Shown here one piece after another: positions 39,363 through 50,368 of a stretch of DNA of 64,000 bases. Position 1 is the stretch's first letter. Every line of letters begins with the position of its first letter. The DNA lies in assembly GCA_002633005.1 (NCBI GenBank), contig NMRA01000012.1, positions 186,001-250,000 of the forward strand, written 5' to 3'. The notes under the pieces are model-generated. The model saw only the letters and a list, made by a program, of their open reading frames with translations, did not search any database and had not been told where the DNA came from. This stretch comes from Phoronis australis. Its lineage: Eukaryota; Animalia; Phoronida. Both the position numbers and the translations under genes were made by a program.

Positions 39363-42001
39363 TGATGCACCGCGCATGGTTTCTATCAAACAAAATGCTA
39401 AGTTATTTCCAAACACGGAAATCACTTCTTACCCGTTTAGAGAACAAGTTCAGATCTGTTTTGTAGCGGTAAATAGTTTAAATCAAACGTCATTTTCTTG
39501 GACGAAAGGCGGCCATATATTTAACTCTAAGATGCGGCTTTCCAGCAGTGACTCAACTTTATCAGACGGAAATGTCCATTTAAATTGCATGTGTTGCCGG
39601 TAGGTGTTCCTGAAAACGTGATCAGCAAAGGCGTCGAAGTTGTTATGGTAATCGTAAAGCAAAGGAAGTAAAACCTTACTTTTTGTGTTCATGCGAACGC
39701 ACTTTTTATCAAACCAGTTTCGCAAGTATCTAAACGAAGGAACTAAACGCATTCGTCTCAAAAAGAAAAGTACATATAGATTTACATGATCGAGTTGCTT
39801 TACCAAGTGAGCAAGCCGACATAAGTGTAGATATTTATAATAGTCTATATCTACGATTGGCAAATACCTGTCACGTGGTGATTCGTTAAGAAGCAATCGT
39901 ACGAAAACTATATTAGCTCCTATCTACTTTGAGTGTGCACTAAAACACTAATTTTTCCAACACTTACACCGCAGAATCTTGTTTTTGCAGACGTAACGCA
40001 GGTGTGCTGTCTATTCAACTGATTTTTAGGTGACGTAAATGGTAAACCGAATACAACTGAACCCATCGGACATGCTCCGGATTCCGTAGAACCATTCACA
40101 GCAAGCCCAACAAGTTCAGATCAAACAATGCTGACGTTTTATTCCCTAATTTTTATCTCATCTAAATGGGATTTTATAATGATGTCACATGTAGCACATA
40201 TAATCCAGTTTTAACTCCATTCATAATTTTAGCTTTAGTTAATAGATAAGTAATATTTTGCCTCGCACGGAAATTTTTAGAATAACCCAGGGCAAGGTGA
40301 CAAAATCTAGTCATTCAGATAAGAGTGTAGATGTCAGTAACGATAATTAAGATGGCGACAAAAACTAAAAGAACGACCCAAGTAAAGAAATAACATAAAA
40401 TTGCAATGGCCGATCTGATCTAAAATGTCAAAAGGGATGCCCAACCACGAGCTAAAATGTTTGCTTCAATGCTTCAAAGCTGGCGGCATTTGTGTTATTG
40501 GTTTTTGTCGGGTCCGGAGGATGGTGATCAGACCCCCTGTGACCCCTTGAATCCGCCTATAAGATCTTATTAAGCTTCAGACTGAAGACATCCCGATCAT
40601 AAACAAAATTCGCCCCGGCCTCTCCTCACGATGAAGTGAAGCTCACCATAGACATTATAAACACAAAAAATTGTCTTCACCACAAAGATTTATGATCTGT
40701 CTGACCTCGTTATGCAATACACCACTCCATGCTTGATGCCATTTTACGATGCTGAGCAGTCGACATGCACTCTTCAAAACTTCTTTTTCAAAAAGAGCCT
40801 CAAATTTGCTGATTCATTCGATTATCCCCTAACATGCCTTGCTAACCACGTGATTTCTAATCCATCACAACTGTGCACGACCTAGCTTTCACAACAACCC
40901 AGTTTCATGCATATAAAGCCAATATACTAAATTTCTACTGGCTAATGGGTAAGAGATAAATTGACTTGAGAAAATGTATATTAATGGTAATTGAATTCGT
41001 GCCACCTATTTTTATGTAACACCGTCTTCCTGTTTTGATCGATACCGTGTTTACCGTGATCAGTCTCGTTTGAGATTAACTGCGGTTGAAGAACTCCGTT
41101 GTACTAGATCGACCTTAAAATCTACAGGTCTCTACACGTAAAATTTTGGCAAGTTAGTTCATGCAATATGTAATCCACCGAGACTGACAGGTAATTGCTT
41201 ATTCACAATAAATACTTGACGTGACGAACGAATGATTAGTTTTCGACGTAATCAACAGCAAAAATGTCAACAAGTGTAAATGGAAGGCAAGGTATTTAGT
41301 CGACTGTGCAATCAGCCAGTTGTTTTCAAAACTGTAAAATGTAACACTTATTACCATTAGGTGGAGCTATCATTTCGTTTTCGTTACAGAGCAACTTATC
41401 AGTTCTTTCAAAAAAACATAAGGGTACTATTTTTATAGCTCCACAAGCAATTTAACTTTTTACAGAGCAGTGCATGAAGCGTAGTTATTGTATTTATTTA
41501 AACTTCTTTAAAAGACTGGGTGACCACTTCAGTGAATACAATGATTTTCAAGTGGGCCTAGTCGGAAATAATTACATGAAGTAAAAATACAAAGCTATGT
41601 ACAATTAGATTAAATGAAATAAATAAGTTATAAAAGTAGTTAATATGTACAACTAGAAGAATAAATAAGATAAAATAGAGTAAAATAATGATGAGCTGAG
41701 GCCTACAGTCCCGAACCGCGCATTAAATCCCAGTAGGCCCTATTTCTTTTTGAAGACCTGGACATTGGGCGCGTTCGTGACGTCAGTCCGGCCACAGCCC
41801 GTTGTAAGCGACAGCACCTATGTAGGCAAAAACTTTTTTGCCGCAGTTGTTTTTGGGTTTATCTGGCACCAGATCTGAAAGTTTGACATGAATCATATCA
41901 GCCATTCTGAGACATGATGTTCCACCATTAATCAGTATCTTTAAAGTTCGCTGAAAATTTTTACACGAGTTAAGGATGCATCAGCTCTTTAACATTCCCA
42001 G

Positions 42002-42306
42002 AGGCCTGTTTCATGACAACTGAGTAAAGATTTAGACATTTTGGTCTAACGCTCCACACAACTATTTCTGGAAAATAGGTAAATCTCACTCGAGCAAAAG
42101 TGCAGACTCTTAGAATATACACGAAACTGCTAGATACTGGCATAATTTCTATAAACTATTTCTATGATGTAATGTGTTCATAATTACTTGACTAAACCTT
42201 TTTCAGCAATTGTGAAGTGAAAACGTAAGACCAAATTTTTGTCTAAACCTTTTTTCAGCAATTGTGAAGTGAGAACGTAAGACCAAATTTCATGAAACAG
42301 ACCCCA
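42002..42306. mobile_element. MITE copy (family of 4286-4547) with an internal tandem duplication of about 50 bp
   Basis: TIRs ggcctgtttcatga and tcatgaaacagaccc; ctaaaccttttttcagcaattgtgaagtga..acgtaagaccaaattt occurs twice. Confidence 0.75.
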
Positions 42307-45300
42307 GAGATCGTTTTAAATCTGCGCTTCATTATCGTCTGTAGAAAGCTTTGGCAAAATACGGCACCGTTATTCTTTACTTCTTTATTCGGTATAAGCA
42401 ATCACGCTCTTCTGGAGATTGAACGAAATATATCTCCTTCTCAACCTCAGGGTCTGGCAACGAGTCTTGGCTTCATTTTATTGACAAAATCTCTATGAAA
42501 ACATAAAAAAACACGAGGCTGGTTTCGCCAAATACCAAATCATGAGAATGTATTGTGCGTCTACTGACGAAAAGACGGGTGAAAAAATCATGTTCAGTTC
42601 TTACAAAACTCAAAATTTCAAAAACGTTTATAGATCGAAATCATATCGCAGAAATTTCTGTTGAAATAAACAATCTGAACTCAAATGCAAGCTCTGTGAA
42701 ATTATTTTAAAAGTCTAACCTGTTGATCAATAATTACATAACTCTTGATTAGGTCTTAGATGTTACTATAGTAATTGCCCTGTAGTGACATTGCCGGAGA
42801 CGTTTCGTAACGTAATGATTTTTAGCAGATCTTAAAGACGAAGTTCCTACATCAAAGAATGTCAAATTACATGGAAATTCATTACATAAAGAAGAAGCAA
42901 GAAATAAACTATTTGAGTAATTTGGCAAGTCACAGGATGTATTGACAACGCTGACGATCGAAAGCGGGACACGGATTTTAATGATTTTTCAAATACGCAG
43001 AAGACCTTAATTATCTAGTTCTAATAGACTGCTGTGATATTATTGACAAAAAGAGAAATCATACTCGTCCAGATATCGTGACGTAACTTTTGACTGTACA
43101 TTTAGGATCAACATTATGAGACGGCATTGAACCACAACCTGATAGTAATGCTGTCAATACATGTAATCAAAGAAGCCTACAACGAATTTTAGAAAAATAA
43201 ATCATTTTAAAGGGACAAAGTCGGTTTTTAGGGCTGAAAACCGTAGTTACTGTTGGACGGGATAGATTTCTTGCAGTTACTAGCTTTGACCAGAGCTACA
43301 CAACAACAGGATCTTTATGTATGTTTTTTGTGACTTTATTACAAATCGACAATACTCGCCGTTGGCTGACAGTTATTCGCTAATTCCAGGCAGGTGAATT
43401 TTCAATTAAATACGGTAATACATTGCTTGGGTATTTACCGAATGGAGTTTAGCTTCGCTTTCAAAGCGAAGTTATGAGTTCGCATTCATCTCGGGCTGAT
43501 CTCAATATTTTATTCGCCGATTATGTCGCATCAAAGTGCAATTTATCGGAGAAAAATATTTGTTTTCTGAGATCTGTTCCAGCGCGGAACCGAAACTTGA
43601 AACTCTTGCGTCGCACTCAAGCGTTCTGCTGACAGAGCAACCAATAACGCACTGAGGATGCGCTGAAATATGATGGATTTTACCACCAGGACGGATTCAC
43701 ATCATAAATATCACTGCTTTCATGCCACCCAAAGGTTTGTAAAACGGAAAAGAACACGAATTAAGTATTAAAAATTAATTTCAAATTAAACGGCATGTTA
43801 TGTAGAGTCGATCGATGTTTTTATGATTTGTATGAGGGTGATGACCAGCGAAGTCTGACAACTGCACCGTAATGTTGTTTACGCGGAGAGTACGCGTTCG
43901 ACGATCCCTAGCTAAAGGACTGCTTCACGTTTAGGATTTTTATCAGGGACTCAGGATTCAAATATTGTGTTAGGTCTTTCCCGAAACGAAACACGAAGGC
44001 ATTAGTGATTTTTTCTTTTTTAACATTGGTAGTCCTCTTTCATTGTCTGGAATTTAACTTAAACGTCTATAAAATGAAACCGTCTGTCGTCGGACTTGGA
44101 CCACCTGCCGCTGTAACATAGGTTTTAACTGAAATGTGATTTTTGATCTTGCAAATAACTGGCAGTCCACGGTTTCTTCAGACTTAATTCATAAAAATTC
44201 AGGTCACGTCGTGAGCTCAAATTTTATGAGCTTTGTCTGAAGAAATGGCGAATAGTCACTTCTTCTGGAGCCCAGTCCATTAACTTAGTTTTCCTTAAAA
44301 GTTTGCGCTACGCATCAAAAAGAAACCCCTTCCGTAGTTAGGAGAGTCCGCAAGTGTGGGTTTGCATATTAAAAGTCAAAGCAGTGAAATACGCCCGTCA
44401 AAAACAAAACTTAGAGATTAGTACAGTCAAGTATAATGTCGTCTGCTTGAGACAATGTATTCTACAAAGCATTGCAAATAATCTTGAATAAAACAACACA
44501 GAATAAGTCTCACCACTCAAGACGATAACACGGCCCTAGTTGTGCAGGTAAAAATGTCTGACGACCACAAGAAACGTGTTTAGAACAAACCACAGGTAGA
44601 GAAGATAGAACACGAGATGTTATGTTGCCATGACGTCGCAAAGATGGTAACTATGTAGACGTATTGTGATTTCCAAGTGTTTATTCATTGACGAAGTGGT
44701 AATGAAAATGTTCAAAATAATCACTGATAGCTCTGTCCAGTGAAGATGTCAGTATGTGAAGAGACCCCCAGTGGAGACTTTCAGTTTAGGTTGGTGGGAA
44801 ATCTCGCCTGTGGAACCGAGCAAACTGAATCAAACTGGTGAATTCCTTGCATAATCCAATAAAGGTGACACCGTGATTTTTCCAGTGTTTACGTCAACAG
44901 AAGTTACTAATTGAAAAAAACTTGGGCAGCCGGCTTATCTTTCAAGCGACGATTTTGCAACGTGACATACATGCTACAACTGAAAAATCAATTGCGCTAT
45001 TACTTTCTTCTTTGAAAAAGGAAATTAAGGAGACAGCATGGATTCTCTCTAGTATTAAATTGTTGGCCTTGAAATGAAAAATTCAATACTTTAACAGACA
45101 ACGCGAATATTAAAAGAATTAGTTCGGACACACCACAAGACCGACTACATCTTATCAAATTACACATCTCCCGACACCAACAGCGCAGAGAAAGACCGAG
45201 ACAATTACTGACTTTTCAGCAACAACGATCAAAATCATGAACTCGGCACAACCGATCGACTGTTTCCGTGCACAACCGAGCTGGAAATGGAAATAACCCT

Positions 45301-46782
45301 TCTCCCTCCTCCACAAACAGTATGAGCGTTCCCACTAACAGGGTTCTTTTTTCATAGACAATTCTCACGTCTTTTTTCAGTTGCATAAATCGGGCAAATT
45401 CTTTCAAAAACTCCTTGGAGCAAAATATTGCATCATGTTCGTTGATAATGAATACCCTCTCCTTCATTAGTATAAGTATCTCTGATTCAGAATGATAAAA
45501 TAAGGAAAAATGTCGACTTTACGTTCACAAGTGTTTTGAATAGCAAGCTAAACGTAGTTGTACATCAAGTCACCGAAATTTTCTCAATAGATGAACGCGT
45601 CATTAAGTTTACACATACTTTTTACCACGAGCTGTCGTAAAGCAAGAAAAAGGGGCAGTACTCGGGTGAAAACCATAATTGAACTACGACGCATTTGTAG
45701 AACTGGTCCCCACAGAAAACTCAATGGACAGAGTTGTCGATTAAAATAACAATTCAGGAAAATGAAAAGAAGGTCGAAATTTCTATATCACAGAACAGAC
45801 AATACCTGACTCGTCAATGCGTTGTATATCACACACGAGACCGAATAGAAAGCTGTTTTTCTCCGAGGGCATGCTTCACCATTTGCAAAAAGTTTGTTAT
45901 GACGTTAATAGGAAAACCTAAGTCCAAACAAGAGAGAATTACAAAATATCGACTTTTTACGTGAACAACTGAGCGTGATTGTTACCGGAGACTTAAAAGA
46001 ACATTATCGTTTTTACGGGCGAAAAACGCAGTTTGGGGATTATCGATATATTTTTTTAAGTTATTAGCTTTGACCAGCCGTATAAAACAAAATCCGCTGT
46101 GCTTTTGTGATTTTATATTTAACTGCAATTCTCGCCGATATCTGCAAGCCGTTCACTGAAATCAAAGTCAGTGACTTAACCAGTTACATGGTTCAAATAG
46201 TCTCGCATTTATCCCACCGCAGATTCCCGGTTCGTAACCGCACTGGGGCTCATTTCAGAAAATCAACTTTTTCGCCGATACCTTCAAAACGTCCAAGCTT
46301 AGAAAGAATTTAAGTTCTATTTGTTCTCGCGCCACTCCCAATCTGAGGCAGACGAAAGGGGTCCAGCTGCAAGGTCATTCGGGACTAGCAAATGCTCAGC
46401 TCTTAAACAGAGCTAAACCTGTTAAGGGTTGGTTTACGAATTAATCGATACTACCTCCAAAACGATATGAAGCCATTTTTCTTCAAAAACGCTCAAGGGC
46501 CTTTTAGACTGGTTGTTAGGAGAAGGCAATCTTTTTTCATTTCATTTTAGTAAAAAATATGGTTCTTTAATTATCCCATACATATTTTTCAGTTAATAAC
46601 GGCTTCCCGTAATTTTATTAATTAGTCGTGCTTTACTCCGGAAGTGACGTTTAGGGGGTTAAGAATTTCCCGTCATTTTGTTTTCATAGAGTCTTTGACT
46701 ATGAGCTGTCTAGTCAGTCATTGTTTTACTTCGGTTGTGATACGTTCGGTCGTCGTTTGCGTTTGTTCACGAGTCGGTCAAC

Positions 46783-47127
46783 ATGCCGCACGGTTCCTGC
46801 GTACGGGGTGGACTCATTATTATCTCACGCGCACTTTAGGTATGCAATTGCATCGCTTTTCTGAAAGATTACACACTCCGCCGTACTTTGCTCGTTCGTG
46901 TGAAGAACGCAGCGTTACCCCTTCATGCAACGTACAAAGCAGTAAAGAATTACCAAGTGTTTGGCAAGCATTTTCTACCGTCGGATTACGAAAGAGGCGT
47001 GTACGTGGAATTGGCCTATCGCCAGGCTTAGGACTGACGGCTTAACCAAGCAATCAGAACGCAGCATTTTCGGCACACCTTCGTCTGCGTTTCCAAGCCG
47101 CCATTTTACCGGACAATGTCCTCATCG
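46783..47127 (+). pseudogene. Frameshifted THAP-domain remnant (MPHGSCVRG/WTHYYLTRTLGMQLHRF/KDYTLRRTLLVRVKN...YQVFGKHFLPSDYE)
   Basis: matches THAP hallmarks (CxxxC, LHRFP, VCxxHF..DY) across two frameshifts; possible intron 47128-47803. Confidence 0.7.
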
Positions 47128-47921
47128 GTAAAGCTTAATTTAGTCTATAGATCAAAAAATTGTGTGATAAAAATGGTGAAACGGTGTTGATATGGCGTGT
47201 GTAATTCTGACTGTCGTTATACAGCTAAAGAAGAATATTTCGTCACTTTTTGGGCATTCCCTGAGCCTAAAACTGTCGACTGCGTAAACGGTGGATCAAA
47301 CTGTGAACGGCCACACGACACACGAGCAGCTAAACTTAATGTTGCTGGATTACTCGAAGGTTAAACACAAGTACATTTGTTCCAAGATACGTACTTTTCA
47401 GTTTGGTGGCTATACTGTAGGCCTGTCTGATTTTGATTCCGGAGAATTTCACTCGTGTTTGGGCCTCTGTCTCGGCATCAGCTGGATCCCAGCATTAGTC
47501 TATTGGTAGTCCACGGAAAGTTGTTTTTAAGGACATCTTTATCACTTTTGATTTATTTCGACCTATAATGTTTCGTAGCACAGATACAGTTTTTGTTATT
47601 CATATGCCCGTAGGCTGGCGTTCAACTGAACTTCCCACCAAAATTGATAGATTCGATCGGTACATGCTGGGAGGGCACTAAATTACTGAACTCAAAGCTT
47701 CGTTTGAGCTGTTGTCACGAAAAAATAAACTGTTGAATTACTTTTTAATGAGAAGATCTAGTATACACTACGCCTGTAGAGTTAAGGAGAGCTCATTTTG
47801 TAGTTGTCCAAACAGGATACGTGGATTTACGAAGCTTTAAAAAATGATTCCCGGCAGTGCCCCGTCGCCACCCCCGAGAAGAGCATTTTTGAAGCGAGAA
47901 GCCTCGCGAGCTGTGGCCTCT

Positions 47922-48871
47922 CAGTGGCGGATCTAGGATATCACATTTTGTCTGTAAACATTTGCGCAAAGCACGGTTGTAGATGCGCATAGCCGAATGG
48001 TGGGAGGTCGGGAGGGGGGTTTGCCCCCTCATGCCAGGAAAATTTTTCTGTTTTTCCTCTAAAAATCAAGCATCTTCCTCGATTCCTGAAGAAATCCAAG
48101 ACAAAAACAAGAAGAACGTGTCTAACTTGAAAAACTGCAATTACCACAGACTCGAACCCACGACCTAGCGGATAGAGCGCGCGTGCTTTACCACTGCACC
48201 ACCACGATTTCACTCGTAATTAGATACTAAGAGACCTACTTGATTATGGTCCACAGCGTTTGCCCGCTAAGCCTACTTCTTTGTAACGCTTATTACACTT
48301 TTTATATTTCGTGCAATCAGTTCGGAACAAATTTGTTGTATTTAAAATAGTCTTCAATTGCCCAAAAGACCAAATCCATTTTTTGTGTTAGTATTAATGA
48401 CGCGATTGCTTTGGAAATCGTCTTCAGTTAAGGTTTGACAAAGAGAGAATTATGAGTTTCTGAGTGATTCACTAAGGCTTCAATTAAAATTCACATCTGT
48501 TTTTTCATCGTCACTCAGATTCCATTTTCTTTAAAAAATGAAGTAATTTTCTTCATTGCACAGTGAAGCAGGCGACGGAAACGGAGTCGTAGTGCGCAGC
48601 GCCACGGCCAGTCGCCTGGGATATCGTGGGAGAGCCTCTACTAAGCCACAGTTCCGTTACGATGGCGCCGTGTTCCGAATTTGACACTTGAAATTGGATC
48701 TGAGCCCCCCCCCCAAACACACTAAAACTGCACACATTTAAATCTTGTTTAAGCCGTATAATGTTAATTACCGGGGTTAATTTATAAACTCAACATTTCC
48801 CTACGCTTTTGCTGTTTTATTTTTTGCGGCAGCCAAGGGGGGGGGGGCGGCCCCCCTTAAATCCGCCTACG
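47922..48871. mobile_element. Non-autonomous element of about 0.95 kb, copy 2, nested in the Kolobok element
   Basis: cagtggcggatctagga...aaatccgcctacg; homologous to 36225-37117. Confidence 0.9.
48145..48212 (-). other. tRNA-derived (SINE head-like) segment with Pol III A and B boxes; not a functional tRNA
   Basis: minus strand reads TGGTGCAGTGGT...GGTTCGAGTC; no convincing full cloverleaf; more decayed copy near 36365-36435. Confidence 0.55.
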
Positions 48872-49012
48872 ACTCTACAGCGACTGGAGGCCCTTCATAT
48901 ACTGTCACCCGTGCCTCCGAATTAACGTACCCCAGAGCCTGTAAGCAACCCTGCAGTTCGACACCCAATGAGGATGACAGTTCGTCGTCCAGTGAACAGG
49001 CCGGTGAGCCAA

Positions 49013-49127
49013 ACTGACAAGTTTATTGTGGACTTGACTAAAGTATTGGAGCTATTTAGGTGCCAGGTGTGTGACGAGGGAGTCACATGGCGGTATGTAA
49101 GCGATTTGGGTGCTCAGGTAACCATCC
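49013..49127 (+). pseudogene. Kolobok transposase N-terminal fragment (TDKFIVDLTKVLELFRCQVCDEGVTWRYVSDLGAQVTIH), truncated
   Basis: resembles the recalled K(F/Y)IV...LLELF..CxxC...G..V.I block of Kolobok transposases. Confidence 0.6.
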
Positions 49128-49381
49128 ATAAGCATTCCATTGAGGTCGGCATAACAGTGCACACCGTGCATTTGGATCAAGACGTCCCACCACGTCTGTC
49201 CTCAGTCTATGCCTCATCCCTCTCAACAGTTGTCTGTGCGTATTCTACCTCACTATACTCGGGCTCAAACTTATGTCCACCCACTGACTGTTCGTGAAAA
49301 AATTCCTCGTTGCCACTGCTATAAACAATGTCTCCGTCACACACGTCACTGTGTCTGATATGGGTCGCCGACTCCAGTCAT
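49125..49381 (-). pseudogene. KolX / P2X7-C-terminal-like Cys-rich protein remnant (HKFEPEYSEVE...EDRRGGTS*SKCTVCTVMPTSMECLW)
   Basis: matches the recalled consensus Y.FEPE...R.G...WC.C..C..MPT..EC.CC, with stop codons and substitutions. Confidence 0.7.
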
Positions 49382-50206
49382 TTTCAGGCTACTACAAACT
49401 AAACGATCCCCAAATCCAACGTAATTGAGTTCTCTAACAACCCAGCTTGTTGTAGAATACTCGTCGATGGGAAGTGTCACAACAATTTTAGGAAACCAGC
49501 ATGAACACAACAGCAGAACAGATCCCAACAGTAAACTCAAACACAGAAAAAAATGGGAAATTCTTAACCCCCTTAACGTCACTTCCGGAGTAGGGCACGA
49601 CTAATTAATTAAATTACGGGAAGCCGTAATTAACTGAAACATATATCTGGGATAATCAACGAACCGTATTTTTTACTAAAATGACATGAAAAAAGATTGC
49701 CTTCTCCTTTAATAGCTGGGGCTAACCGAATCCACGCAAATCTAGTCTGACACGTTTATTTGCTGTAAAAATAACAAACAACTTAGCAACGAAGGTTGGC
49801 CATCCTAGCAGCATGGCACAGAGTGGTCAACTCACGCTGATGACGCAGACAAATTAGCAACGAACTGAGCTATCTGCCTCAAGTGAAGTATAGCAGAGCT
49901 AACAGCTCATGGCCAAGTGTGAACAAGTGAATGAATTAGCGACTACTTCATTCCGTTGTAGTAATATTTTTACACCTTGGCGTGAGCTACCACCCTCCCG
50001 TTCAGTAGCGCTGGGACCTCGCTAAAAAGCAAGACTTCGCGAGATAACGTGAAACATTGCCGCGTATTTTAAGTTAGAACACGTGACTTTGGCTAGATTT
50101 TAGCTAGGTCCTAGCCTTACTGAACGCACGCCAGCTATCCATGATTCACCCGAGACAGGTAGTTACCCTTTACGCTGTGTCTTGCGGTCAGGTTACACTT
50201 CGCGTA

Positions 50207-50368
50207 TACCGTAATCGTTCGGGTTAACGCCCATGGTCAGTTAACCGCCCATCCCCGACTTTAAGTGGATTTTCGATTTAACCGCCCACTGCTCGGTTAA
50301 CCGCCCTCCCCCGATTTTTTGGATTCGCCAATTTAACCGCCAAGGCGTTAACCCGAACGATTACGGTA
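50207..50368. mobile_element. Tc1/mariner-type MITE with TA ends and a perfect TIR CCGTAATCGTTCGGGTTAACGCC
   Basis: ta-ccgtaatcgttcgggttaacgcc ... ggcgttaacccgaacgattacgg-ta; internal ttaaccgccc repeats. Confidence 0.9.

Larger units (their letters stand above)
46518..49708. mobile_element. Decayed, internally deleted Kolobok-type DNA transposon
   Basis: TIRs of about 150 bp (AGGAGAAGGCAATC...GATTGCCTTCTCCT); TTAA follows the right end, left target site degenerate; THAP, transposase and KolX remnants inside. Confidence 0.85.

Noticed and set aside
39051-39896. 124-aa and 137-aa minus-strand ORFs
   Set aside because: The first overlaps the foldback repeat; neither has splice-site or domain support
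43575-43645. tRNA-like sequence on the minus strand
   Set aside because: Degenerate boxes and no cloverleaf; at best an old SINE head
45216-45467. 83-aa ATG ORF on the minus strand with a faint integrase-like phrase (FCSKEF)
   Set aside because: Too short, no catalytic motifs and no LTR context
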